A model generated the notes under the pieces. It saw only the letters and a program-made list of their open reading frames with translations. It made no database searches and had not been told where the DNA came from. The position numbers and the translations under genes were made by a program. This document shows positions 30,001 through 38,790 of a DNA stretch of 64,000 bases, in pieces. The number at the start of each line of letters is the position of its first letter. The stretch's first letter is position 1. The stretch is from positions 1,088,001 to 1,152,000 of the forward strand of contig CAVXGR010000018.1 of the NCBI GenBank assembly GCA_963761335.1, read 5' to 3'. The stretch is from an uncultured delta proteobacterium (GTDB taxonomy: Bacteria > Desulfobacterota > Binatia > HRBIN30 > BPIQ01).

Positions 30001-31452
30001 CTAATTCCCGGCGCCGCGCAGGTACTCGGTGAGAGTGGCGAAGTCGTTGCCGGCGGCCAGCGCGGTCTCGCGGCGAATGCGCTTGGCGCGCACCAGGTCG
30101 GTGAGGCTGCGTTCCAGGGCCACCATCCCCTCGCTGCCGCCCGACTGGAGAGCGCTGGCGATCTGCGCCGTGCGGCCCTCGCGGATCAGATTGGCGACCG
30201 CGTGGGTCACCCGCAGGAGCTCTACGGCCGGCACCCGGCCGCTGCCGTCGACGGTGGGCAGCAGGCGTTGCGAGATCACGGCGCGCAGCGCGTCGGCGAG
30301 CTGCACGCGAATCTGCCGCTGGCGTTCGGGCGGATAGGTGTCGACGATGCGCTCCACCGCGGACGCGGCGGTGCGGCTGTGCAGGCTGGCGAAGACGAGG
30401 TGTCCGGTCTCGGCGGCGGTGAGCGCCAGGCTGATGGTCTCGGGGTCCCGCATCTCGCCGACGAGGATGATGTCGGGGTCCTCGCGCAGCGTGTCGCGCA
30501 AACCGGTGGTGAAGTCGCGCACGTGGGTGCCGACCTCCCGCTGGCGCACCAGGCTCGACGAGTGCACCGGTTGCAGGTGGTACTCGATTGGGTCCTCCAG
30601 GGTCACCACCACCTGCGGCCGCAGGTGCAGGGCGTGCTGAACCAGAGCCGCCATGGTGCTGCTCTTGCCGCAGCCGGTCGGCCCGCAGGCGATCACCAGC
30701 CCGTTGGGCAGGTCGACGAGCGCTTCGATCTGCGGCGGCAGGTTCAGCTCGGCGAGCGTCGGCACCTCGCTGCGGAGGATGCGCACGGCGGCGCACAGTC
30801 CCTCCTCGCTGGAGTAGACGTTGACGCGCACGCGGCCCACGCCGGCGACGTCGAAGGCGCGATCCACCGAGCCGCCGGCGCGCAGGCGCTGGCGGCGCTC
30901 CTCGCTGCCGATCAGCCCCGTGGCGTCGAATCCGGGGAGCTCCGCCATGATCTCGAGGGCGCCGTTGGCGCGGATGATCGGGGCGCGGTGTGGGCTCAGA
31001 TGCAGGTCGCTGGCGCCTCGTGACAGCGCCTGCTTCAGCAGGTCCGCCAGCGGCGCCGGCAGCGCCTCGCTCTCCGCGAGGGAAGCCGGAGCGGCCGGCC
31101 GCGGCCCCGCGGCCTCGCCGCAGGAGGCATCGTTGGAGGCGAGCGCATCCTTCTGCCGGAGGAAGCGGACCTCGATGGAGGAGTCGTCGGCGTGCGCGAG
31201 CCGCAAGGCGAAGCGTCCCAGGTCTTCGCTGTCGTAGGTGAGCGACAGCTCGTGGCGATGGCGCAGCGCCGCTTCGTGAGCGGTCCACAGATCATCGAGC
31301 AGCTCGCGGATGCGCTCCGTCGACATCGCCGGGATCGTCAGCGGCAGCTCGGCGTCCTCCTTGAACATCTGCGGCCGCCGATCCGACGCCAAGCGGAGCT
31401 CCGTGCCTCCCTGCTGCACCAGGATGTTGAGGAGGCTGTCGATGGTTCTCAC
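30001..31452 (-). CDS. PilT/PilU family ATPase with an additional N-terminal PilT-like domain
   Basis: GASDLHL, GPTGCGKSS, TLEDPIEY, QREVG, REDPDIILVGEMRD, AAETGHLV. Confidence 0.92.
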   Translation of the reverse strand: MRTIDSLLNILVQQGGTELRLASDRRPQMFKEDAELPLTIPAMSTERIRELLDDLWTAHEAALRHRHELSLTYDSEDLGRFALRLAHADDSSIEVRFLRQKDALASNDASCGEAAGPRPAAPASLAESEALPAPLADLLKQALSRGASDLHLSPHRAPIIRANGALEIMAELPGFDATGLIGSEERRQRLRAGGSVDRAFDVAGVGRVRVNVYSSEEGLCAAVRILRSEVPTLAELNLPPQIEALVDLPNGLVIACGPTGCGKSSTMAALVQHALHLRPQVVVTLEDPIEYHLQPVHSSSLVRQREVGTHVRDFTTGLRDTLREDPDIILVGEMRDPETISLALTAAETGHLVFASLHSRTAASAVERIVDTYPPERQRQIRVQLADALRAVISQRLLPTVDGSGRVPAVELLRVTHAVANLIREGRTAQIASALQSGGSEGMVALERSLTDLVRAKRIRRETALAAGNDFATLTEYLRGAGN

Positions 31453-31533
31453 GTGGCGGCTCGGCCTCTCACCCGCTGATCTTTGCCTGACCCGCGCCGC
31501 CGCCGCAACCACGGGAGCGGGACGATACTCGAT

Positions 31534-32568
31534 TCACCGATCAGAAGTCGGGTGACCGCCTCTGGTGTACTGGCGCGGCGACAGGCCCGTCCAGCGCTTG
31601 AAGGCGCGGGAGAAGGTGCTGGTTTCGGCGAATCCGAGGATGAAGGCAATCTCGGTGACGTTGAGGCGGCCTTCGCGCAGGTAGCTGCGGGCCAGGTCGA
31701 TGCGGGCGCCGTCGAGGAGCGTCTTGAACGAGGTGCCCTCGTCCGCCAGGTGGCGCTGCAGGTTGCGCGGGCTGACGCCGAGCTGCCGCGCCACGGCGAT
31801 CTTGGACGGACGGCCGTCGGGCAGGGAATCCACCAGCGCCGCCAGCACTCGATTGGAGAGGCTCGCCTTCTCCAGTCCCGCCAGGTAGTCGACCACCACT
31901 TGCTCGTTGCTGCGCGCCAGCTCGGCATTGGCGGCCGGGAGCGGCTCGTCGAGTGCGGCGCGCGCGTACTCAATGGCATTCAGCGGCTGCGAGAAGGCGA
32001 CCGGTGCATGAAAGAAGCTGCGGTAGGGCGTGGAAGGTGACGGCTCGGGGCGCTGCAGCAGAACCGCGAGCGGATTGAAGTCGCGAACGCCGCGCAGCAG
32101 ACGCGCCTGGCGCACGGTCATTGCGGCAAAGGCGTCGACGGACTCGCAGGGAACGCCCGGCGGCCGCGAGACGTCGATCACGAAGCGGGTTCGCTCGCCG
32201 TCATCCTCGAGCCTGAGCTCGACGACGTCGCCGATGAGGCGGCGATAGCGAATGATTCGCTCGAAGGCCTCGCGCAGGGTGGCGCTGGCGAGGACCGCGT
32301 AGCCGAGCGCGTGGAACGTCGTCTGGGTGGCGAAGCGCGTCGCCTCGAGCCCGAAGCACGGGTCGCCGCTCGCCTCCACGGCGAGCTGCCACAGGCGCGT
32401 GAGGGCGGCGCGCGGCACGCGTGCCGTGGGCGCCTGCGCCGTGCCGGGATCGATCCCCGCCTCCTGGGCGACCCGCCGGCCGTCGATCCCGCGGGCGTCC
32501 AGGGCGCGGATGATCATGTTGCTCAGGCTGGCGATGGTGGAAGCCGCTCTGGGTTCCGCAAGGTTCAT
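31534..32568 (-). CDS. AraC family transcriptional regulator (OruR/ArgR-like)
   Basis: C-terminal double HTH: VARQLGVSPRNLQRHL..EIAFILGFAETSTFSRAFKRWTG. Confidence 0.95.
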   Translation of the reverse strand: MNLAEPRAASTIASLSNMIIRALDARGIDGRRVAQEAGIDPGTAQAPTARVPRAALTRLWQLAVEASGDPCFGLEATRFATQTTFHALGYAVLASATLREAFERIIRYRRLIGDVVELRLEDDGERTRFVIDVSRPPGVPCESVDAFAAMTVRQARLLRGVRDFNPLAVLLQRPEPSPSTPYRSFFHAPVAFSQPLNAIEYARAALDEPLPAANAELARSNEQVVVDYLAGLEKASLSNRVLAALVDSLPDGRPSKIAVARQLGVSPRNLQRHLADEGTSFKTLLDGARIDLARSYLREGRLNVTEIAFILGFAETSTFSRAFKRWTGLSPRQYTRGGHPTSDR

Positions 32569-32793
32569 GGCCGTGCTCGTCGAGCCGGATTCTACCCAGC
32601 TACGGGGGCTCAGGGCGAGGGGAACGGGCAGATGGAAAACGACGGTATGAGAATCGGGAACGACGGAACGGAGAATCCGCGACCATCTGCGGGAGACAAT
32701 TGGCCGCAGCGGCAAAGAAATCGGCCCGAACGGCCAAGCGCGAAGCGGGCGAGTATGCGTATACTGGCTGCGTCAAACGGAGGAGCCTCGACG

Positions 32794-33726
32794 ATGGAGA
32801 CCGTGATCAGAGTTGCCGACCTGGCATTCCCGCGCTTTCGCGCCCCGGATCTGGATCGCATGGAGGAGTTCCTGCTCGACTTCGGCATGCGGCGCTCGGC
32901 GCGCACCGAGGAGGCTCTCTACATGCGCGGCACCGACCCCGACCACCACGTCCACGTCACCCATCGGGGCGATGCGGCCTTCCTCGGCCTGGCCTTCCAG
33001 GCGGCAGGGCGCGACGATCTGGAGCGCCTGGCAAAGGCGACCGGGAAGAGAGTGGAGGCGCTGGACGAGCCGGGCGGCGGCTCCGTGGTTCGCCTGCGCG
33101 ATCCGGACGGGCGGCAGATCGACGTGGTGTACGGCATCGAGGAGCTCGAGCCCTTGCCGCTCCGGGGCCACCCGCCCCTCAACACCGGCGCTCGGCGAGC
33201 GCGCCTGGACGAGCTGCAGCGCATTCCGCCCGGTCCCTCGCAGCCGAAGCGCTGCGGGCATGCGGCGATCAAGACGACGGATCTGCAGGCGCTGTCGGAC
33301 TGGTATCAGACCTATCTCGGGATGCTGGTCTCCGACGACATCTATCTGGAGGCACCCGAGAAGCCGATGGGGCGCTTCGTGCGCTGCGATCGCGGCGAGA
33401 TGGCAGTCGATCACCACACCCTCCTGCTGCTCGAGACCCCGGAGGCCAAGCTCGGCCATGTCTCCTGGGAGGTCGCCGACCTCGACGATCTCATGGCGGG
33501 CCACGATCACCTGAAGGCGAAGGGCATCTATCGGCACTACTGGGGCATCGGCCGCCACATTCTCGGGGGACAGATCTTCGACTACTGGAAGGATCCGATC
33601 GGCTTCACCGTCGAGCACTGGACCGACAGCGACCTGCTCTCGGCCGCCGTGGCGCCGCAGTCGCACCACATTCTCAATGCCTTGAACCAATGGGGTCCGC
33701 CGCCGCCCCCGGATCTCGACTTCTGA
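32794..33726 (+). CDS. VOC superfamily protein (extradiol dioxygenase/glyoxalase-like, two domains)
   Basis: GHAAI, DHHTL, HVSWEV, WGIGRHILGGQIFDYWKDPIGFTVEH; AGGAG RBS. Confidence 0.9.
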   Translation: METVIRVADLAFPRFRAPDLDRMEEFLLDFGMRRSARTEEALYMRGTDPDHHVHVTHRGDAAFLGLAFQAAGRDDLERLAKATGKRVEALDEPGGGSVVRLRDPDGRQIDVVYGIEELEPLPLRGHPPLNTGARRARLDELQRIPPGPSQPKRCGHAAIKTTDLQALSDWYQTYLGMLVSDDIYLEAPEKPMGRFVRCDRGEMAVDHHTLLLLETPEAKLGHVSWEVADLDDLMAGHDHLKAKGIYRHYWGIGRHILGGQIFDYWKDPIGFTVEHWTDSDLLSAAVAPQSHHILNALNQWGPPPPPDLDF

Positions 33727-33735
33727 GGAGCGACC

Positions 33736-34515
33736 ATGGATCTCGGCATTCGAGACAGGACGGCAATCGTCTGCGCCTCCAGCCGCGGCCTCGGCAAGGC
33801 CTGCGCCGCGGCGCTGGCGGGCGAGGGAGTGCACGTGACCATCAACGCCCGCAACCCGGAGGCGCTCGAGGCCACCGCCGCGGAGATTCGCGAGGCCACC
33901 GGCGTGCGCGTCACCGCCGTCGCCGGCGACATTGCCCGCGAGGAGGTGCGCGCCGCGCTGCTCGAGGCCTGCCCCGAGCCGGACATCCTGGTGAACAACA
34001 ACAGCGGGCCGCCGCCGGGGCGCTTCCAGGACTGGGACGCCGGCGCCTGGGCGCGGGCGCTCGAGGCCAACATGCTGACGCCCATTCACATGATCCGCGC
34101 GGTTGTCGACGGCATGGTGGAGCGCCGCTTCGGGCGCATCGTCAACATCACCTCGGCCATGGTCAAGGCACCGCTGGCGCCGATGGGCCTCTCGTCCGGC
34201 GCCCGCGCCGGTCTGACCTCGACGTGCAAGGCGCTGTCGCAGCAGGTCGCCTGGGCGAACGTGACCGTGAACAACCTCCTCCCGGAGCGCATCGACACAG
34301 ATCGCCAGAAGCAGATGGCGCAGCTCAGCGCCGGGTTGAACGGCATCTCGATCGAGGCCGCCTACGAGCAGATCCGGGCTCGCATCCCCGCCGGCCGGCT
34401 GGGGCGCCCCCACGAGGTCGGTGACGCCTGCGCCTTCCTGTGCAGCGCCCAGGCCGGCTTCATCACCGGCCACAACCTGCAGCTCGACGGCGGATCGTAT
34501 CCAGGGCTCTTCTGA
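33736..34515 (+). CDS. Short-chain dehydrogenase/reductase
   Basis: CASSRGLG, DILVNN, GRIVNITS, IPAGRLG, DGG. Confidence 0.93.
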   Translation: MDLGIRDRTAIVCASSRGLGKACAAALAGEGVHVTINARNPEALEATAAEIREATGVRVTAVAGDIAREEVRAALLEACPEPDILVNNNSGPPPGRFQDWDAGAWARALEANMLTPIHMIRAVVDGMVERRFGRIVNITSAMVKAPLAPMGLSSGARAGLTSTCKALSQQVAWANVTVNNLLPERIDTDRQKQMAQLSAGLNGISIEAAYEQIRARIPAGRLGRPHEVGDACAFLCSAQAGFITGHNLQLDGGSYPGLF

Positions 34516-34527
34516 GGAAAGGCGCGC

Positions 34528-36219
34528 ATGGAGACAGTCGAGGTCCCGGTACTCATCGTCGGTGCCGGTCCGGTCGGACTCAGCGCGGCGCTGCTGCTGG
34601 CGCGGCAGGGGATGGACAGCTGCATCGTCGAGCGGCGCTCGGGACCGCAGCGCGCGCCCGCGGCGCACGTCGTCAACGCGCGCACCTTCGAGATCTGCCG
34701 GCAGGCGGGAGTGGACATGGAGGCCGTCGCCGCTGCCGCCAAGGATCCCGCCGATGCCGGATTCACCTACTGGGTGAGCCGCCTCGGCGGCGAGGTGCTC
34801 GGCCGGCTGCGCTACGAGCGCCAGGGCGACGAGGTTCTTTCGTTGACGCCGACGCCGTTGCGCAACCTCTCGCAACATCGCTTCGAGCCCATCCTGCGCG
34901 ACTCTCTGGCGAGATGGCACGTGGCGCGGCCGCGCTACGGGCATCGATGGGAAGCCGCAGAGCAGGACGGCGACGGCGTCACCTCGCGCATCACCGATGT
35001 CCCGGCCGGGCGCACCTACCAGGTGCGCAGCCGCTATCTGATCGCCGCCGACGGCGCCGGCAGCCCGGTGCGGAAGTCGCTGAATATTCCGCAGATCGGA
35101 CCCGAGCGGCTACAGAGCTTCATGATGATCCATTTCGAGGCGAACCTTCGCCCGCTGGTCGCGTCATGCCCGGGGGTTCTCTACTGGACCTGCGATCCGG
35201 AGTGCAGCGGCATCTTCGTGGCGCACGACATCGACCGCGAGTGGGTCTTCATGCAGGCCTGGGATCCGGAGCGGGAATCGGTCGAGAGCTACGACGCGGC
35301 CGCCTGCGAAGCGCTGGTGCGACGCGCCATCGCCGCCGACGGCGTGGAGCTGGCGATTCGCACGGTCTCCCCATGGACGATGACCTGTCAGGTGGCCGAG
35401 CGCTATCGGCACGGGCGGATCGTCCTCGCCGGCGATGCGGCGCATCGATTTCCGCCGACCGGCGGGCTCGGCCTCAATACGGGAGTTCAGGACGCCCACA
35501 ACCTCGCCTGGAAGCTCGCCGCCGTCGAGGCGGGCTGGGCGCCGGAGGCGCTGCTCGACACCTATCAGGTCGAACGACAGCCGGTGGCGCGCTACAACGC
35601 CGACCAGAGCCTGCAAAACGCGGTGCGCCTCCTCGAAGTTCCCCGCGCCCTCGGCTTCAGCGAAGACGCCGAGACCGCCAGGAAGGGATTCGCCGAGGTG
35701 TTCACCGACCCCGAACGCCGCCGCCAGGTCGAAGAGGCAATCGCCAATCAGGCGGAGCACTTCGACATGCTCGGCCTGCAGCTCGGATTCAGCTACGAGG
35801 AGGGCGCCGTCGCCGGCGACGGCAGCCAGCCGCCGGTGCCGGCGAATCCGGTGCGCGATTTCATTCCCAGCAGTCGGCCCGGATCGCGCCTGCCGCACGG
35901 TTGGGTTGGGAAGGGAGGCCAGCGGCTTTCCAGCCTCGACCTGGTGGAGTGGCAGGGCTTCACCTTGCTGGCCGGCGGCGACGCCTCTCCGTGGCTGGAT
36001 GCCGCGGCGGCCATCGACTCCGTGCCGATGCGCGCTCTGCAGGTCGGCCGCGACTTCGATGATCCCGCCGAATGGTGGAGCCGGAGCGCCGGCATGGAGC
36101 CGGGCGGCGCCCTGCTGCTGCGCCCCGACCAGCACGTCGCCTGGCGCTCGCGCGGTGCCGCCTCCGGCGACGCTTCCGCCGAGCTGCGCTCCGCGATTGC
36201 GGCGATCCTCGGCCGCTGA
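34528..36219 (+). CDS. FAD-dependent aromatic monooxygenase (PheA/TfdB-like)
   Basis: GAGPVG, ADGAGS, GDAAHRFPPTGGLGLNTGVQDAHNLAWKL, LRPDQHVAWR. Confidence 0.93.
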   Translation: METVEVPVLIVGAGPVGLSAALLLARQGMDSCIVERRSGPQRAPAAHVVNARTFEICRQAGVDMEAVAAAAKDPADAGFTYWVSRLGGEVLGRLRYERQGDEVLSLTPTPLRNLSQHRFEPILRDSLARWHVARPRYGHRWEAAEQDGDGVTSRITDVPAGRTYQVRSRYLIAADGAGSPVRKSLNIPQIGPERLQSFMMIHFEANLRPLVASCPGVLYWTCDPECSGIFVAHDIDREWVFMQAWDPERESVESYDAAACEALVRRAIAADGVELAIRTVSPWTMTCQVAERYRHGRIVLAGDAAHRFPPTGGLGLNTGVQDAHNLAWKLAAVEAGWAPEALLDTYQVERQPVARYNADQSLQNAVRLLEVPRALGFSEDAETARKGFAEVFTDPERRRQVEEAIANQAEHFDMLGLQLGFSYEEGAVAGDGSQPPVPANPVRDFIPSSRPGSRLPHGWVGKGGQRLSSLDLVEWQGFTLLAGGDASPWLDAAAAIDSVPMRALQVGRDFDDPAEWWSRSAGMEPGGALLLRPDQHVAWRSRGAASGDASAELRSAIAAILGR

Positions 36220-36372
36220 GCAGCGTTCTCGCACTCCGCAGGCGCGCGACTCCCGCGAACGTTCACTGCAATCCTTTGCAGTCTCTCCGCGGGTCGTGGC
36301 ACCCACTCGGCTCACCGCCGATCGCGATGAGCGGTGGCATGTCCGTTGCTGTTGACGCAGCGAATCGGACTG

Positions 36373-38784
36373 ATGATGCGGTCGCCGGCGCGAGGTGGGA
36401 AGAATACGTCGACGGCACTGGCGCGGGCGATTGCCGTGCCGTGTGTCGTCCTGCTGCAGGCGTGCGTCGTCTCCGCTGCCTGCGCGGTAGGGGGAACATC
36501 GAGCTTGCCGGCTCCGGCGAGCATCTATCTGCGCAGCTATCGCGCCTCGCTCGGCACTCCGAGCCGGGTCGCCGTCGACGACTCCGGCAACACCTATGTT
36601 GCCGATCCCGGTCTGCGGCAGGTCCTCGTGCGCGCCCCCAGCGGCCGCATTCTCTCCCGCGCAGAGAACCTCGGTCGGCCGCTCGGCATCGCCGTGGGAG
36701 ACACCGGCACGGTGTATGTCGGCGACGTCGATACGGGCAGCGTCACTGCCTTCGACGCCGACTGGCAACCACTCTTCCAGCTCGGCCAGGGGGCAGGGGA
36801 GTTCTCGAGGCCGAACGACATCGCGGTCGATGCCGCCACGGGGAACGTCTATGTCGCCGACACCGCGGCGCAGCAGATCAAGGTCTACACTGCCACCGGC
36901 TCGCTTCTCAGCAGCTTTGGCGGGCAGGGCGCGGGCGACGGGCTATTCAATTTTCCTGCAGGCGTCTACGTGGACGCGGCGGCGCGACAGGTCCTGGTCG
37001 CGGATCAGCTGAACTACCGCATTCAGATCTTCGACGTGCAGGGCAACTTTCTCTCCTGCTTCGGAGCTCAGGGGAGCAGTCCCGGCCGATTCAACATGCC
37101 GCAGGGCGTAACCGCCGACGGCCAGGGTCGGGTGTACGTCGCCGACGCGCTCGAGGGCCGCATCCAGGTGCTCGATCGCAATGGCGCCTTCCTTGGATAC
37201 GTCGGCGATTTTGGCGAGGCCGGAGGGCAGCTGCGCATTCCCACGGGACTGGCGATCGATCCGTCGAACCGGCTGTTCGTCGCCGCGGCGAACAACGCCC
37301 GCCTGGAGATCTATGGCCTGGACGCCTTCTCGGATCCGGAGACTGTACTGCCGGCAGTGGTGCGCATGCAGCCGCAGCTGATCGACAGGGCGATTCCCAA
37401 CGGCGCGGTCGCTGCCGACGTCGAGGTTCCCGGGTACACGCTCGAGCAGATCGTCCCGGGCAGCATGACCGTCAATGGCGTCGCGCCGATGAGCCCGCCC
37501 GCAATCGGCGACCGGGACAACGACGGCGTTCCGGACGTCCGCCTGGAGCTCGACCGCGCGGCGTTGCTGGCGACGCTTCCCGCCGCGGGCAGCGGCGCGA
37601 TCGCGGTCTCCGGAATGCTGGGAGAGCTGCGGCTCGAAGGTTCCGCGGCCGTGCAGGTGGCGACCTGTGCTCCGCAAACGAAGTGCCCTCTCGGCAACGC
37701 CGATCCGCAGTGCAACGACGCCGTGTGTGTCGACGGCGTCGGATGCACGGTGCAGCCGAAGACGGAAGGTAGCGGCTGTGAGGACGGCGATGCCTGTACG
37801 GTCGAGGACACCTGCAGTGCCGGAGTCTGCGCGGGCGCCGTCTTGACCTGTGACGATCTCAACCCCTGCACCGACGACAGCTGCGATGCGGTCACCGGAT
37901 GCGTGTTCTCGAACAATACAGCCGTCTGCGATGACGCCGACCCCGGCACTGTCGGCGACCTCTGCGACGGGCAGGGGCAGTGCCTCGGGCGGGTCGTCAC
38001 CGGGCGCTACGCGGTCCTCGAGAGCCCGGTCGATACCCGGAGACACAATGCCGTGTCGATCGGCCGTCGCGCTCTCATGGGCGGTGACGTCTGCGGTGAG
38101 AGTCTTCGCTTGGGATCCTTCGCGCACATCGACGGCACCGCGGTGGGTTGGGCGTCCGTGGGCAGAGCCGTGGCTCTCCACCGCAATAGCCAGGTGACCG
38201 GCGACGTGGTGACCGGCGGTGCGAGCGTGGTTTTGATGCCGCCGGCAAACATCGGCGGCCAGATCGACCAGAGCGGCACGGGCGCCGCGGTCAGCGACTG
38301 CGCCGCGGCCCGTTACCGCGCGGACAGCCGCCGCGCGGAGTGGACGGCACAGGTGCCGTCACCCGGCTACGCTCAGGGGCGGATTGCGGTGCGACGCGGA
38401 GACACCATGCGGCTGCCTTCGTCCGGAACGCTGGGAACGGGCGCGATCTTGATCGACACCGCCGGCGTCCGCCTGGGGCCGGCGAGCACGCTCACTCTGG
38501 TCGGCGATGCCTCCACGGAGACGGTGGTGGTGCGGGTTCACGGCAAGCTCTCGCTCGGCTCGGCCGCGCGTCTGGAAGCCCAGGGGGTGCCGCCGGAACG
38601 CGTTATGGTGATGGTCGATGGGCCGGTGTTCCTGCACCGCGGGGCGGCGCTCGCCGGCTCTCTCTCGGCGAGCGGCCATGTCCGGCTCGGGAACGCCAGC
38701 GCCGTCAGCGGCGCGGTGCTCGGCGATCACGTCGACGTGGCCTCGGACGCCAGGGTGACTCTTCACCCGTTCATCGGTTGGTAG
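36373..38784 (+). CDS. Secreted NHL-repeat protein with Cys-rich repeats and a C-terminal beta-rich domain
   Basis: About six NHL repeats (FxxPxGIAVD..VYVAD); CxDGDACTxxDxC repeats. Start uncertain. Confidence 0.85.
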   Translation: MMRSPARGGKNTSTALARAIAVPCVVLLQACVVSAACAVGGTSSLPAPASIYLRSYRASLGTPSRVAVDDSGNTYVADPGLRQVLVRAPSGRILSRAENLGRPLGIAVGDTGTVYVGDVDTGSVTAFDADWQPLFQLGQGAGEFSRPNDIAVDAATGNVYVADTAAQQIKVYTATGSLLSSFGGQGAGDGLFNFPAGVYVDAAARQVLVADQLNYRIQIFDVQGNFLSCFGAQGSSPGRFNMPQGVTADGQGRVYVADALEGRIQVLDRNGAFLGYVGDFGEAGGQLRIPTGLAIDPSNRLFVAAANNARLEIYGLDAFSDPETVLPAVVRMQPQLIDRAIPNGAVAADVEVPGYTLEQIVPGSMTVNGVAPMSPPAIGDRDNDGVPDVRLELDRAALLATLPAAGSGAIAVSGMLGELRLEGSAAVQVATCAPQTKCPLGNADPQCNDAVCVDGVGCTVQPKTEGSGCEDGDACTVEDTCSAGVCAGAVLTCDDLNPCTDDSCDAVTGCVFSNNTAVCDDADPGTVGDLCDGQGQCLGRVVTGRYAVLESPVDTRRHNAVSIGRRALMGGDVCGESLRLGSFAHIDGTAVGWASVGRAVALHRNSQVTGDVVTGGASVVLMPPANIGGQIDQSGTGAAVSDCAAARYRADSRRAEWTAQVPSPGYAQGRIAVRRGDTMRLPSSGTLGTGAILIDTAGVRLGPASTLTLVGDASTETVVVRVHGKLSLGSAARLEAQGVPPERVMVMVDGPVFLHRGAALAGSLSASGHVRLGNASAVSGAVLGDHVDVASDARVTLHPFIGW

Positions 38785-38790
38785 GATTGC

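Noticed and set aside
29933..31288. 1079-aa ORF implying a large N-terminal fusion on AOR
   Set aside because: The upstream part is a shadow frame of the PilT-like gene; AOR has its own RBS and ATG at 29932.
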